A DNA stretch of 64,000 bases from Candidatus Bilamarchaeaceae archaeon. GTDB taxonomy: Archaea; Micrarchaeota; Micrarchaeia; Anstonellales; Bilamarchaeaceae. Shown here in pieces: positions 26,063-37,434 of this stretch. The first letter of the stretch is position 1. Every line of letters begins with the position of its first letter. The notes under the pieces are model-generated. The model was given only the letters and a program-made list of their open reading frames with translations. It had not been told where the DNA came from and made no database searches. Position numbers and translations under genes: made by a program. Where the stretch lies: NCBI GenBank assembly GCA_038870635.1, contig JAVZJR010000002.1, positions 76,929 through 140,928 of the forward strand. Direction: 5' to 3'.

Positions 26063-28837
26063 ATGAAAGTGAATTTGAAGAAAATCGGTGCCATTGTTGC
26101 AGGAGCAACAATTTTGGCAAGCACCGCGGCCTTCGGTGCACTTTGGTACGGAAACACCAAACTCGTTGACGAGAATGGTGTGCCAGTTGCCAAAGTAGTC
26201 GTCGGTGAAAAGGCAGCAGCATCAGATGGTGTGGGAGCTGCTTTGATAGCTTCCAGAATGATGGCTAGCGCCTATAAAACCGTCGAGTTAAAAGGCCAAG
26301 TTGTAGGAACAGCAACATGCACAGGTGGCGAGGGAAGCGGAAGCGGAACCTGCCCAATCTCTGATGAGAAAGTAACATTAGAGATTAGCGTTCCAGGTGC
26401 AGTTGCAGAAGGAACATACACAATAAACACCTTGATCGGTGATTTCTTAAACAGAAGATTGCTTGACAGAAAAGCCAATAATGCTAGTGATACTGACGCA
26501 GCATATATAATAGGCGGAACAGATGTAAGTGAAAACGCAAACCCATTCACAAATGGTATAGGTGGGAATATTGGAGTTGGAGAAACTTTCCTTTATAGAG
26601 TAACTGGCTCTATGTTTTCACCATTGGCAACAGTTACAGTTAAAGATGACAACGCAGGAAAGACCTACAAGGAAGAACAGAACATTTGGATAAAAGGAAA
26701 AGTCGAGTACTCTGACTCCGCAAACGAAGTTGTTGGCGAGCCATCATTTTTAGCTTACACACTTAAGTTCAGCGGCGCAGCAGATGACTTTGGTATTCCT
26801 GTATGTACTACTCCAAATGGACAAGACTATAATGCATGTTTGCCAGGTGGAAGCCAACCGAACATTGATTATGCAACGTCAACACACAAGGTTGCAGTTA
26901 AGTTTTTGGGTGAAGACTGGATAATAAGTGAAATGACTCCACCAGAAGGAGGGGGTAGTGAAACTGAGATTTATTCAGGAGGTTCCATAAAATTAGCAAA
27001 AGAAGCAATATCTGGTTTAGTAAACCAAGGTGAATCACTTCCAGTGGACAATCTTAAGTTCCACTTAGACGACTTGGAAGCACACGGCGATACAACCTCT
27101 GCTATTTTGTCTGTTCTTGATGCAAACGACAACATCTTAAAGAAAGACAAAGTAAACCCTGGTGAAACAAAAGAGTTTAACATAAATGGTAAACTCTACA
27201 GAGTGCACGTTTACAAAGTTGCTCCTGGTTATACTTTTGGTGCAAAATGGGCAGACATGGCAATTTATGCAAAAGAATTGAAACTTGAAGACGGTCAAAA
27301 ACTTGACCCAGACTATGACAACAACAAAGAATACCAAGTTATTCTTGGTTGGAAAGACAGAGGTGCAGATAATAGCACTGACCACTTAAGAACAATTATT
27401 CTATACGGTGATGACATTAGTGCTTTATCAAGCGGCGGAGACCAAAAAATGTCAAAAGGTGACTACATACCAATTGTTCAAGACCCAGTTGCATGGAAAC
27501 TTACCTATGCTGGTTTAGATATAACAAATGCTGACAGGAGTTCGCTTAAATTTACACTTGAAAGAACAACTGATTACGTAATATCCTCAACAAAAGGTCC
27601 ATTGTCTGGCGGTGTAAGAGAACAATGTACTATATTCGCACCTTACGTTAAAGTAACAAGCGGAAAGAGTGGAAGCGTATTTGAATTGGATGGTATTGAT
27701 GGTGACAACAATGCTACTTTGGCGGATAATGCCTTCTATGTTGCTACTAGTGGTGCCAACTGCACCGACAGTGGTGATAAAACAGACGGTACTGTATTTA
27801 TGAAATTGTCCCCAACAAGCCAATACTTCGGTTATTATCAATACGATGATGCTACACCTGAATCTACTGTGGTTAGGTATAGCACAGCAGGTGATGGTGA
27901 CACATCTTGGGATGTTGGTGGTGTAATAGAAATCGCTAAATACAATGATGCAATCACAGCTGGCCGATCATTTATGGGTGATAACCGTGGTGGTACTGGC
28001 CCGAGCTTTGGTACAGATAACTTAACCGAATCAGGTTCAGCAACAGACTTTTACTTTGCAATATCTGAAAAAGCAGGTGTTGATACATCAAACAACTTTG
28101 CAGACTATATACTCTTTGGTCTTGACCTCAACGGTGCTTCATCAACATTCAACTATGATACCCAAACAAGTACAGGGAATTATATAACTAAGAAAGACTA
28201 TGTGCTCTATAGGTATGCTGGTCCAGTAACCACAGGTATTAATACTGCTGAAGAAGGCTTTGTAACAGAAAGAGGCACTATATTCAATAGCATAGATGAC
28301 ACAACAGTAAGCTTCAGCATGGCAAACAAGCTTGCAAAGGCTCAATTCACATTGACCTCTAGCACAGCAGGAGGCTCAACAGAAAGCACCTGCCAAGCAA
28401 CATTGCCAGAGGGTGGTGAATACACCTGCAGCGGTGTTAAAGTTAAAGTAACCAAGATAGACGAAACAGTTGGTGCATGCTCTGCTTCTGGTGCATCAGC
28501 AACCTGCAAGCCAGACATGACTGGTGTAAGCGCAAAGGTTGTTGACGCAACTGGTGCAGAAGTAACAAAAGCATACATACCAGCTGCAAACGCATACAAG
28601 GGCTTGGTTATCCTTGACAGAGACGCAGCAGGCGTTAACACCTTGATATCCGTCGGTGGTGACAAGGTCAACTCAGTTACTGCATCTCTTCTTGAGAGCT
28701 CTCCAGTTGAATGGACTCCTGGCACAAAGATAGTGAAGGAAGTCGTTCAAGGCTCCAAGATAGTTGTTGCTGGTACTGAGGCAGAAGACACCCTTGCAGC
28801 AGTCAGCGACTTCATTGCAGCAGTTAAAGAGGCGTAA
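26063..28837 (+). CDS. S-layer protein
   Basis: MKVNLKKIGAIVAGATILAS, VVVGEKAAASDGVGAA (S-layer N domain), LISVGG..VN...IVVAG (S-layer C domain); strong SD. Confidence 0.92.
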   Translation: MKVNLKKIGAIVAGATILASTAAFGALWYGNTKLVDENGVPVAKVVVGEKAAASDGVGAALIASRMMASAYKTVELKGQVVGTATCTGGEGSGSGTCPISDEKVTLEISVPGAVAEGTYTINTLIGDFLNRRLLDRKANNASDTDAAYIIGGTDVSENANPFTNGIGGNIGVGETFLYRVTGSMFSPLATVTVKDDNAGKTYKEEQNIWIKGKVEYSDSANEVVGEPSFLAYTLKFSGAADDFGIPVCTTPNGQDYNACLPGGSQPNIDYATSTHKVAVKFLGEDWIISEMTPPEGGGSETEIYSGGSIKLAKEAISGLVNQGESLPVDNLKFHLDDLEAHGDTTSAILSVLDANDNILKKDKVNPGETKEFNINGKLYRVHVYKVAPGYTFGAKWADMAIYAKELKLEDGQKLDPDYDNNKEYQVILGWKDRGADNSTDHLRTIILYGDDISALSSGGDQKMSKGDYIPIVQDPVAWKLTYAGLDITNADRSSLKFTLERTTDYVISSTKGPLSGGVREQCTIFAPYVKVTSGKSGSVFELDGIDGDNNATLADNAFYVATSGANCTDSGDKTDGTVFMKLSPTSQYFGYYQYDDATPESTVVRYSTAGDGDTSWDVGGVIEIAKYNDAITAGRSFMGDNRGGTGPSFGTDNLTESGSATDFYFAISEKAGVDTSNNFADYILFGLDLNGASSTFNYDTQTSTGNYITKKDYVLYRYAGPVTTGINTAEEGFVTERGTIFNSIDDTTVSFSMANKLAKAQFTLTSSTAGGSTESTCQATLPEGGEYTCSGVKVKVTKIDETVGACSASGASATCKPDMTGVSAKVVDATGAEVTKAYIPAANAYKGLVILDRDAAGVNTLISVGGDKVNSVTASLLESSPVEWTPGTKIVKEVVQGSKIVVAGTEAEDTLAAVSDFIAAVKEA

Positions 28838-28872
28838 TTGCCTTCTTTTCTTTTTTTCTTTTTTTATTTTTG
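28831..28872 (+). terminator. Short hairpin plus long T-tract after the S-layer gene
   Basis: ggcgtaattgcc followed by about 30 nt of T-rich sequence. Confidence 0.55.
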
Positions 28873-29010
28873 TTCTAATTCTGTGTTTTTATAAATCCCT
28901 AAATTCGAATTAGTTTTTTAGATGGAGTCTCGAACTATTTTTGTGCAATAAAAAAAGGAGTTTGTTTTATTTTGCTTACTAAATATAAAAACTAAAAAAA
29001 GAAAAGTTAG

Positions 29011-29610
29011 TTATTTTTGTAGAGTAGGTTCTTCTGCACGCGCTTTTGCTGCAGCTTTTCCGTGCTCTTTTGCAAGTTTCTTTCTTAATGCTTCTCTTCT
29101 TCTCTTTTTATTCATTCTGTCTGTTTTTGATGGTCTGCCTTTTTTGCCTGCTGATGTTAGGCCTCTAAAAGCACGCCCGCGATTGTTAAGGGCGCTTATC
29201 TTTACTATTGTTGGGTCTGCGAGTATAACTTCGTAATAACTATGATTACCATCATCGCCAACCCAATAGCTGTTTAAAACTTCCATATTTTTATAAACGC
29301 GAGCAACTCTTTGCTCTGCTATTCTTTGATAGGAAATGCCAGGAGAAGTATATCGATAGTAATTCTTCGGTTTTCTTCCGCCCATTGGTTTTGGCCTTTT
29401 TCTTGAACCTCTTTTCACCTTTGCCCTTACTACTGCATAACCTTTTTTTGCCTTGTACCCAAGCGTTCTTGCTCTGCTTATATTAGTTGGTCTTTCTATT
29501 CTTTCAATAGGCGGGCTTCTTCGCCATTTTATCAAGCGATTTCTATATTCTTCATCTCTTTCTTTATACTCCTTTTGAAAAGTTTCACTGATGTATTTGT
29601 ATGCTCCCAT
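29011..29610 (-). CDS. rpl15e: 50S ribosomal protein L15e
   Basis: MGAYKYI, ARTLGYKAKKG, NMEVLNSYWV, GRAFRGLTSAG. Confidence 0.97.
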   Translation of the reverse strand: MGAYKYISETFQKEYKERDEEYRNRLIKWRRSPPIERIERPTNISRARTLGYKAKKGYAVVRAKVKRGSRKRPKPMGGRKPKNYYRYTSPGISYQRIAEQRVARVYKNMEVLNSYWVGDDGNHSYYEVILADPTIVKISALNNRGRAFRGLTSAGKKGRPSKTDRMNKKRRREALRKKLAKEHGKAAAKARAEEPTLQK

Positions 29611-29735
29611 AAAAACACCATAAATCGTGTTAGTTATTTTTGTCTTACATCTTTTTAAATGTTTTTAATCTTGCAGAAGAAACATTTTTAAATTATTTTG
29701 TTTTTTATATGCACACAGCTTGTTTTGGTGTTCTT

Positions 29736-30065
29736 ATGGAGAAACATTCTGATCAGTTAGCATTAATGAAGAGCATTAAAGAAATAAGAGAAGTAGAAGA
29801 AAAACGTGAAAGGCTGATTTTATCTGCAAAAGAAGAAGGGGAAAAAATACTGCGTGAAGCAAAAGAAAAAATAGCTACGGAAAGGGCCAAAATGGAAGAG
29901 GAATTAGTTAATTATAAAAATGAAGAGTTAAAGAAGGGGAGAGCAGATATAGAACGGCAAGTAGAAGAAGTTTTAGCAAAGGCTAAAAAAGAAGCAGAGG
30001 TACTCAAAAAGAAAAAAGTTGATAAGAACAAGTTAGAGAAAATCGCACTTTCAGTTTTTGAGTGA
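29736..30065 (+). CDS. atpH: A-type ATP synthase subunit H
   Basis: Charged coiled coil at the head of the ATP synthase operon. Confidence 0.8.
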   Translation: MEKHSDQLALMKSIKEIREVEEKRERLILSAKEEGEKILREAKEKIATERAKMEEELVNYKNEELKKGRADIERQVEEVLAKAKKEAEVLKKKKVDKNKLEKIALSVFE

Positions 30066-30073
30066 GGGGTTTA

Positions 30074-31969
30074 ATGTTAAAGCCTGCAAAGATGCGAAAA
30101 ATTAGAATATTCGCACTTTCGTCTAGTATAGAGAATATAATAAAGAGACTGCATGAACTTGGTGTTGTTGAGATAAGAAAGTTTAAGGCAGAAGGGCTTG
30201 AAGAAGGAAGACCGCTCGAATCTTTTGACCAAATATCAGAAAAATTGCTTAAGGTTCGTTCGCTTGCCAATGCGCTTAAACTTTCTGGCGATGGAGAAAA
30301 CCAAGAAAGAAGTTTGTCTTCTCTTTTTGATGAAGCAGAATTTTTGGTTAAGACAATAGGAAATAAAGTTGATTCACTGATTGCGAAAAAATCAAATAAC
30401 GACGAGGAAATCCGACGTATTAAAACAGATATCCAAACAGTGGAAAAACTTTTACCATTTGAGATTGATTTCCAAAAGATAAGCACAAATGCTATTTCTT
30501 ATGTTGTTGGTGAAATCGACCGATCAAAAATAGAAAAATTGCGCGCAGTAATATCGCAAGTTTGCGATTCTTTTGAAATTTTAGAAGGAAAATCCACAAA
30601 AGGTTTGGTTCCTCTTTTAGTTGTATTTAAAAAAGGCGCACCTGTTGAAGCTGCTCTTGCTTCCGTAAACTTCAATACAATAGAAGTGCCAAAAGACACA
30701 ACCGTTCCGGCAACCACCCTTAAAATACTTAAAGAAAAGTTAGAAAATATAATAAGCGAAAACAAGATGGTAGAAAAAGAACTTGTCGAAATTTCAAAAA
30801 ATGAAGGAAAAAGAATACTCAACTTACTTACCGAACTCTCAATACACGCAGACCGCGCAGTTATTGCTTCTAAATTCGCAAAATCAAAAACAGTTTTTGT
30901 AATAGAAGGTTTTATCAAGGAAGCAGATTATCCATTTTTAGTTAAGGAAATAGAAAAAATGAAAGAACAAGCAGTACTTCAAGAAGCATCAATTGGTCAT
31001 GATGAGAAAGTGCCAACTGTTTTAGAAAATCCCTCTTATGCTTCTCCTTTTGAGTTTGTTACAAAAGAGTATTCCTTGCCAAATTATTTTGAATTTGACC
31101 CAACGATGCTTTACCTTATAACATTGCCAATTTTGTACGCCATGATAGTTGGTGATGTTGTTTATGGCGTTTTGTCTATATTCATAGCAAAATTCTTTTT
31201 AGATAAATTTAAAAACAGCTATATAATGCAGAATGTTTGCAAGCTTTGGCTTTATTCATCTATACCTACAATAATATTTGGTATTATTTTTAATGAATGG
31301 GGCGGGATGACGCTTGCGCAACTTGCGGCCTATCTTGCTAGTTGGGGTTTGCCTGATTTGTCTAGACAGTTAACATATGCTGGTTTGAGCCGTCTTCACG
31401 GTTTCTCACTCTTCTTAGGAGTTACCCTTCTTGCTGGTTTCTTGCATCTAGCGCTTGGTTTTATACTTGGCGCATTAAAGAATTGGGAGCATCACAGAAA
31501 GCACGCTTATGCTAAAATCTCATGGCTTGGCGTAGAGATTGCAGGTACTATTCTTGTGTGTTCTTCTTTTCTTGGCTTGCTTCCCCAATCATTCGTCTTG
31601 CCTGCAGGCATAGTTTTTGCAATATCAGTAATAGGCCTATTTTGGACAGAAGGCATAGTTGGAATATTTGAATTACCTGGTCTCGCAGGAAATATCCTTT
31701 CCTATGCACGAATTGCAGCTGTAGGTGTCGTAGGTGTTGTTCTCGCCGAGATTATAAATGAGTTTTTCTTACCTAGCACAGCTAATGGAATTATGGCATT
31801 AATTTTCTTTCCGATATTGATCGCCTTGCACGCAATTAACGCATTTATAGCAATGTTTGAAGCCTTGATACAAGGCGGCAGGCTTAATGTTATAGAATTT
31901 AAATCAAAGTTTGTTGATGGTGGCGGGGTTTTGTTCTCGCCTTTTAGTTTACGCTCAAAAAAGAGGTGA
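30074..31969 (+). CDS. atpI: A-type ATP synthase subunit I (a)
   Basis: MLKPAKM, PT.L.NP, E.DPT, GDVVYG, LSYARIAA, RLNVIEF. Confidence 0.96.
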   Translation: MLKPAKMRKIRIFALSSSIENIIKRLHELGVVEIRKFKAEGLEEGRPLESFDQISEKLLKVRSLANALKLSGDGENQERSLSSLFDEAEFLVKTIGNKVDSLIAKKSNNDEEIRRIKTDIQTVEKLLPFEIDFQKISTNAISYVVGEIDRSKIEKLRAVISQVCDSFEILEGKSTKGLVPLLVVFKKGAPVEAALASVNFNTIEVPKDTTVPATTLKILKEKLENIISENKMVEKELVEISKNEGKRILNLLTELSIHADRAVIASKFAKSKTVFVIEGFIKEADYPFLVKEIEKMKEQAVLQEASIGHDEKVPTVLENPSYASPFEFVTKEYSLPNYFEFDPTMLYLITLPILYAMIVGDVVYGVLSIFIAKFFLDKFKNSYIMQNVCKLWLYSSIPTIIFGIIFNEWGGMTLAQLAAYLASWGLPDLSRQLTYAGLSRLHGFSLFLGVTLLAGFLHLALGFILGALKNWEHHRKHAYAKISWLGVEIAGTILVCSSFLGLLPQSFVLPAGIVFAISVIGLFWTEGIVGIFELPGLAGNILSYARIAAVGVVGVVLAEIINEFFLPSTANGIMALIFFPILIALHAINAFIAMFEALIQGGRLNVIEFKSKFVDGGGVLFSPFSLRSKKR

Positions 31970-31973
31970 AAAT

Positions 31974-32225
31974 ATGGTAGAAACAGCAGTTGCAGGTGGA
32001 TTGACAACCGGTGCTGCAGCAGCACTTGGTGCAGGAATTGCTATGGGCGTGAGTGCTTTGGCGGCAGCTTGGTCCCAAGGTACTCTCGGTGCAGCAGCAC
32101 TTGGTGTTGTGGCTGAAAGGCCAGAGTTTGAGAGCAAGGTCTTAATTTACGTTGTATTGCCTGAACTCTTGGCGCTCTTCGGTTTTGTCATAGCGTTCTT
32201 GCTTATAGGCTCTCTTGGTCATTAG
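31974..32225 (+). CDS. atpK: A-type ATP synthase subunit K (c)
   Basis: Two TM helices, AERPE, LPELLALFGFVIA; SD GAGGTGA. Confidence 0.95.
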   Translation: MVETAVAGGLTTGAAAALGAGIAMGVSALAAAWSQGTLGAAALGVVAERPEFESKVLIYVVLPELLALFGFVIAFLLIGSLGH

Positions 32226-32248
32226 ATTTGCCCTTAATGGGTGGACTA

Positions 32249-32806
32249 ATGGGGTTGGAGAAGATTACCTCCTCCCTTCTTAAAGAAGGAGAGGATGAAG
32301 CCCAGAAAATTCTAGAGAGCGCCAAATGGCACGTAAGCAAGATGATTGAGGAAGAGCGAGCAAAAGGAGAGCAACTTAAGGCAGGAGTGCAGAATGAAGT
32401 AAAGAAGTTGCTGGAAGAGCAGAGAAACGAACGATTGGCGTGGGCACGTTTAGAGGCAAAAAGAATAGCAGCAGAAGCTCGAGAAGATGCTATAAAAAAA
32501 GCATTAGATGAAATATACGAGCTTGCACCTTCTTTGCGCAAGACTGAAAAATATTCTTCTTACTTATCCAAGAAAGTCAGTGCTGCAGTTGAAGAAGTTG
32601 GAGGCAAAGCAGTAGTTCATGTTGTTAAAGGAGATAAAAAATTACTGACAAAAATAAAGGTGCCTGTGGAAGAAGACCTAAATGCACTTGGCGGTGCAAT
32701 AGTTGAAAGCGCTGATGGAAAGATGCGAGTGGACCTTCGCTTAGAGACTCTTTTTGAGATGCGCTCTGATGATATAAGGCGAAAGTTGGCAGAAGAGCTT
32801 TTTTAG
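32249..32806 (+). CDS. atpE: A-type ATP synthase subunit E
   Basis: MGLEKI, GG.IVES.DG..RVD.RLE. Confidence 0.93.
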   Translation: MGLEKITSSLLKEGEDEAQKILESAKWHVSKMIEEERAKGEQLKAGVQNEVKKLLEEQRNERLAWARLEAKRIAAEAREDAIKKALDEIYELAPSLRKTEKYSSYLSKKVSAAVEEVGGKAVVHVVKGDKKLLTKIKVPVEEDLNALGGAIVESADGKMRVDLRLETLFEMRSDDIRRKLAEELF

Positions 32807-32819
32807 GAAGTTGGTGTAA

Positions 32820-33911
32820 ATGAAATTTCCACAAATGAAGCTTGAGTCCAGAGCGTTAAAATACGGCTATTCAAATGCCCGCGTAAGGGCAATGAAAGGT
32901 TTGCTTATTCGTGAGCAAGACCTGGATGAAATGGTGCATTTGAATAGCGTCTCTGCTATGCTTGAGCTTCTCCGTCGCACTCCTTACAAACAAGATGTAG
33001 AAAGTGCAGCGGCTTACTCTGGTTCAGATGCAGTAGAGATTGCAGCAGCTAAAAACTTTTCTCGTGTTGTATCAAAAATACTATCCTTTGCGCCAAAGGA
33101 AGACTTGCCAGTCATACGTGCTTTACTTAAGAAGTGGGATTTGCTGAGTATAAAAACAATAATACACGCAAAGCAGGCTGGTGTGCCATCAGAGAGAATA
33201 CGTCCTTACTTATTTTCAGTTGGCGGGCTGAGCCAAGAAGACTTTGAACGACTTATACGTGCTAATGGAGATGAGCTTTTTGCAGAATTAAAAAAGACAG
33301 ATATTGGAAAAGAAATGCTCTCTATTGGGACCGCGGCGTTTAGCGGCCATATGCGCGCTGTATTTAATAACGCGCTAAAGAATATGAACTCTTTCTTGCA
33401 GGTTGAAAGCATATTGGATGCTTACATCTATCTCTTTATGGACAGTGGTCTCTCTTCTGTTCGCTCTAAAGAAGTTGAAGGAATAAGATTACTTTTGAAA
33501 AAAGAAATAGATGCTAAAAATATTATGATAATAGAGAGATTAAAGGCAAGAGGGTTCCAAAAAAACGAGATAGAAAAATATTTAATCAAAGGAGGAACGC
33601 TAAAACCCAGCGTAATAGAAAAGCTGTGTGAGTCTAAAGAAAAGCAAACAGTGCTTGCTTTCATAAAGTCAAAATTCAGAGGAATAGAGATAAGCGACGA
33701 TTATTCTTTATCGCAGCTAGAAATCGCTTTAGAGAAACAGCTCGCAGCTGAGAAACACGCACTTTTTGGTAAAAGTATGCTTTCTATAGGTGTGATATTG
33801 GGATTTCTTTTAGTAAAAGAGGAGGAGATGAACAATCTCAGAAAAATAGCAAAAGCAAAAGAATTTGGCATAAGCGCGGATGAAGTGAAAAAAATGCTCG
33901 TGGTTGTTTAG
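32820..33911 (+). CDS. atpC: A-type ATP synthase subunit C
   Basis: Y.Y.NARVRAMKG.L, KEEE..NLRKIA. Confidence 0.94.
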   Translation: MKFPQMKLESRALKYGYSNARVRAMKGLLIREQDLDEMVHLNSVSAMLELLRRTPYKQDVESAAAYSGSDAVEIAAAKNFSRVVSKILSFAPKEDLPVIRALLKKWDLLSIKTIIHAKQAGVPSERIRPYLFSVGGLSQEDFERLIRANGDELFAELKKTDIGKEMLSIGTAAFSGHMRAVFNNALKNMNSFLQVESILDAYIYLFMDSGLSSVRSKEVEGIRLLLKKEIDAKNIMIIERLKARGFQKNEIEKYLIKGGTLKPSVIEKLCESKEKQTVLAFIKSKFRGIEISDDYSLSQLEIALEKQLAAEKHALFGKSMLSIGVILGFLLVKEEEMNNLRKIAKAKEFGISADEVKKMLVVV

Positions 33912-33924
33912 GTGATGTTTTTTT

Positions 33925-34245
33925 ATGAAAGCTAAAATTGTTGTTATCGGAGATATGCCTCTTGTCTCAGGTATGCGTCTTGCCGGTGTGGAAAACTGCT
34001 GGCTTGCAGATGAAAAAAATGTACAACAACTTATAGAAGAGGCTTTGCAGAAAAGAGAGTTTGGAGTAGTAGTAATTAATGAATATCTCTTAAACAAGAT
34101 TGATTGGAGGTTGAAAAAGAAACTTGATAGTATTGCTTATCCGGTTATAATACCAATGCCGGATTACTCTGGCGTGAGCGCAGAAGGAGAGGAAATAAGA
34201 AATATGATAAAACGCGCTCTTGGTTTTGATCTTGGAAAGAAATAA
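33925..34245 (+). CDS. atpF: A-type ATP synthase subunit F
   Basis: IVVIGD...V.G.RLAGV, IKRALG.DL. Confidence 0.95.
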   Translation: MKAKIVVIGDMPLVSGMRLAGVENCWLADEKNVQQLIEEALQKREFGVVVINEYLLNKIDWRLKKKLDSIAYPVIIPMPDYSGVSAEGEEIRNMIKRALGFDLGKK

Positions 34246-34264
34246 TTTTTATGAGGTGTTAATA

Positions 34265-36031
34265 ATGGTTGAGAAAAAAGAAATTTCAGGAAAGATAAAA
34301 AGAATTTCTGGTCCTGTTGTAGAGGCTTTTCTACCTGGTGCAAGATTATACGACCTTGTGCGAGTTGGTGAAGAAGGTTTGATGGGCGAAATCATTAAGA
34401 TAGTTGGCGATGTTTCAGTTATTCAGGTTTATGAAGATACTTCTGGTTTAAGACCAGGTGAAAAAGTTGTTTCCACAGGCAAGCCTCTTTCTGTTGAGCT
34501 TGGGCCAGGCATACTAAAGAACATTTATGATGGGATTCAACGACCGCTTAAATTAATAGAAGAGAAATCAAAAGGTGTTTTTATTCAGCGTGGTATCGTC
34601 GCCGAACCGCTTGATAGAAAAAAGAAATGGGAATTTAAACCAAAAATGAAAAAAGGCGCGCGCGTTAAAAAAGGAGATATTATAGGCGTAGTTCAAGAAA
34701 CTGAAGCAATAGAACATCGTATACTATCACTATATGATGGCACTTTAGATTCAATAGACGAAGGGGCTTTTACGTTAAATGATGAAATTGGATTTATATC
34801 TTCAGAAGGAAAAAAATATCCTGTAACGCTTTCTCATTATTGGCCAGTGCGAAAAGCAAGACCAGTTATAGAAAAATTTCCGCCAGTAATTCCATTAGTT
34901 ACGGGGCAAAGGGTAATTGACACTTTCTTCCCAATAGCAAAAGGAGGAACAGCATGCGTACCTGGTCCTTTTGGTTCTGGAAAAACAGTTACCCAGCACA
35001 GCCTTGCGAAATATTCTGATACGCAAGTAGTGGTTTATATTGGTTGCGGTGAGAGAGGAAATGAGATGACTGAGGTATTGAAGGAGTTCCCACACTTAAT
35101 TGATCCAAACACAGGCAAGCCTCTTATGGAAAGAACAGTTTTGCTTGCAAATACTTCTAACATGCCTGTTGCTGCACGTGAAGCCAGTGTTTATACCGGT
35201 GTTACTATGGCTGAGTATTTTAGAGACATGGGCTATGACGTTGCTTTGATGGCTGATTCCACAAGTAGATGGGCGGAGGCAATGCGTGAAATTGGCGGCA
35301 GATTAGAGGAAATGCCTGGTGAAGAAGGTTATCCTGCTTACTTGGCAAGAAAACTCGCTGAATTCTATGAGAGAGCTGGCCGTGTGCGCTGTCTCGGAAG
35401 CGATGAGCGATACGGAAGTGTGTCTATTATTGGAGCAGTTTCTCCACCTGGTGGTGATATTTCAGAACCTGTTTCTCAAAACACCCTTCGTGTCACTAAG
35501 GTATTTCTTGCGCTTGATGCTTCTTTGGCTTACAGAAGACACTTCCCTGCATTTAATTGGTTGAAGAGTTATTCGCTATACACAGACACATTGGAGCAAT
35601 GGTTTATGGAAAACATATCTTCTGATTTCCCAAAACTCGCTAAAAAAGCAATGGCTCTTTTGCAAAAAGAAGCTGAACTTCAGGAAGTCGTACAGCTTGT
35701 TGGTCCTGATGCATTACCAGAAAAAGAGCAAGCAGTTCTTATGATTACAAAGATGTTAAGAGAAGATTATCTCCAGCAGAATGCTTTCAGCGATGTTGAT
35801 GCGCGTTGCTCTTTGCAGAAGCAATACAAAATGCTTAAAACGATACTACGCTTTGAGGAGAAAACAATGGGGGCTCTTGATTTTGGTGTACAATTAAAGA
35901 AAATACAGGAATTGCCTTCAAAGGCAAAGATAGGGAGAATGAAAGAGATACCAGAGAGTAATCTTGCAGAATTTGATAAATTGATGAAAGAGATAGACGA
36001 GCAGTTTGATATGCTCATAAAATCAAGGTGA
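34265..36031 (+). CDS. atpA: A-type ATP synthase subunit A
   Basis: [26 protein letters not shown]; no intein. Confidence 0.98.
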   Translation: MVEKKEISGKIKRISGPVVEAFLPGARLYDLVRVGEEGLMGEIIKIVGDVSVIQVYEDTSGLRPGEKVVSTGKPLSVELGPGILKNIYDGIQRPLKLIEEKSKGVFIQRGIVAEPLDRKKKWEFKPKMKKGARVKKGDIIGVVQETEAIEHRILSLYDGTLDSIDEGAFTLNDEIGFISSEGKKYPVTLSHYWPVRKARPVIEKFPPVIPLVTGQRVIDTFFPIAKGGTACVPGPFGSGKTVTQHSLAKYSDTQVVVYIGCGERGNEMTEVLKEFPHLIDPNTGKPLMERTVLLANTSNMPVAAREASVYTGVTMAEYFRDMGYDVALMADSTSRWAEAMREIGGRLEEMPGEEGYPAYLARKLAEFYERAGRVRCLGSDERYGSVSIIGAVSPPGGDISEPVSQNTLRVTKVFLALDASLAYRRHFPAFNWLKSYSLYTDTLEQWFMENISSDFPKLAKKAMALLQKEAELQEVVQLVGPDALPEKEQAVLMITKMLREDYLQQNAFSDVDARCSLQKQYKMLKTILRFEEKTMGALDFGVQLKKIQELPSKAKIGRMKEIPESNLAEFDKLMKEIDEQFDMLIKSR

Positions 36032-36036
36032 TTGTT

Positions 36037-37416
36037 ATGAAAGAATATAAGACTATTACCGAGATTGCAGGACCGCTTGTTTTCGTTTCTGATGTTAGCG
36101 GAGTTGCTTACAACGAGATAGTTGAAATAATGCTTCCTGATGGGGAGAGAAGAAAAGGCCAAGTTCTTGATGTTAGTGAAAATGTGGCTGTTGTTCAGGT
36201 TTTTGGTCAAACAACAGGCATAAACACAAAAGACACTTCAGTTAGATTTCTTGGAGAAACTATGAGAATAGGGCTAAGCAGCGATATGCTTGGCAGGGCA
36301 TTTACAGGTTTGGGCGAACCAAGGGATAAAGGACCGAAAATAATTCCAAAAGAAAAAGTTGACATCAATGGTCTTCCTATAAATCCTTATTCTCGTGAAA
36401 CCCCGTCTGAGTTCATCCAAACTGGTGTTTCAACAATAGATGCTATGAACACGCTTGTCAGAGGCCAAAAACTTCCAATTTTTTCAGGTGCTGGTCTTCC
36501 GCATAACCAACTTGCAGTCCAAATAGCGCGACAGGCAAAAGTGCGAGGAAGCGGAGAAAAATTCGCTGTTGTTTTTGCAGCAGTAGGCATTACACACGAG
36601 GAAGCATCTTTCTTCATTCGTGATTTTGAAAAGACCGGGGCACTTGAAAATGCCGTTCTTTTCCTTAATTTGGCTGATGACCCATCAGTGGAGCGTTTGA
36701 TTACACCAAGACTTGCTTTGACAACTGCAGAATATCTTGCTTATGAGCAGGATATGCACGTTCTCGTCATCATCACGGATATGACAAACTACGCAGAAGC
36801 ACTTCGTGAAATATCATCTGCTAGAAACGAAGTTCCGGGTAGAAGAGGTTATCCTGGTTATATGTATACTGACCTATCTACAATTTATGAAAGAGCAGGA
36901 AGAGTAAAAGGAGCAAAGGGAAGTGTGACTCAATTGCCTATTTTGACAATGCCTGGCGATGATAAAACCCACCCAATTCCTGACCTCACAGGTTATATTA
37001 CAGAAGGGCAGATAATTTTAAGCAGAGATCTTCATAGAAAGAATATCTATCCTCCTGTTGACGTGCTTCCTTCACTTTCACGATTGATGAATAACGGAAT
37101 AGGGCAAGGAAAGACGCGAGAGGACCACAAGGGCGTCTCTGACCAACTCTACGCAAGTTATGCTACTGGTCGTGATTTAAGAAGCCTTAGCGCAGTTGTC
37201 GGTGAAGAAGCATTGAGTGCTATCGATAGAAAGTACTTGAGACTTGCAGATGAATTTGAAAAACGTTTTGTTCAGCAAGGGCCCTACGAAGACCGTGATA
37301 TAGAAACAACATTATCAATTGCATGGGACTTGCTTTCTATATTGCCAGAGGAAGAATTAAAGAGAGTGAAGAAAGAGCACATTGCAAAATATCTTCCAAA
37401 GAAAAAGGAAGAGTAA
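36037..37416 (+). CDS. atpB: A-type ATP synthase subunit B
   Basis: [23 protein letters not shown]. Confidence 0.98.
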   Translation: MKEYKTITEIAGPLVFVSDVSGVAYNEIVEIMLPDGERRKGQVLDVSENVAVVQVFGQTTGINTKDTSVRFLGETMRIGLSSDMLGRAFTGLGEPRDKGPKIIPKEKVDINGLPINPYSRETPSEFIQTGVSTIDAMNTLVRGQKLPIFSGAGLPHNQLAVQIARQAKVRGSGEKFAVVFAAVGITHEEASFFIRDFEKTGALENAVLFLNLADDPSVERLITPRLALTTAEYLAYEQDMHVLVIITDMTNYAEALREISSARNEVPGRRGYPGYMYTDLSTIYERAGRVKGAKGSVTQLPILTMPGDDKTHPIPDLTGYITEGQIILSRDLHRKNIYPPVDVLPSLSRLMNNGIGQGKTREDHKGVSDQLYASYATGRDLRSLSAVVGEEALSAIDRKYLRLADEFEKRFVQQGPYEDRDIETTLSIAWDLLSILPEEELKRVKKEHIAKYLPKKKEE

Positions 37417-37434
37417 TTTTGGCAGTTGATCATT

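Noticed and set aside
34265..37416. Inteins in ATPase A/B subunits
   Set aside because: Lengths are normal and motifs are contiguous
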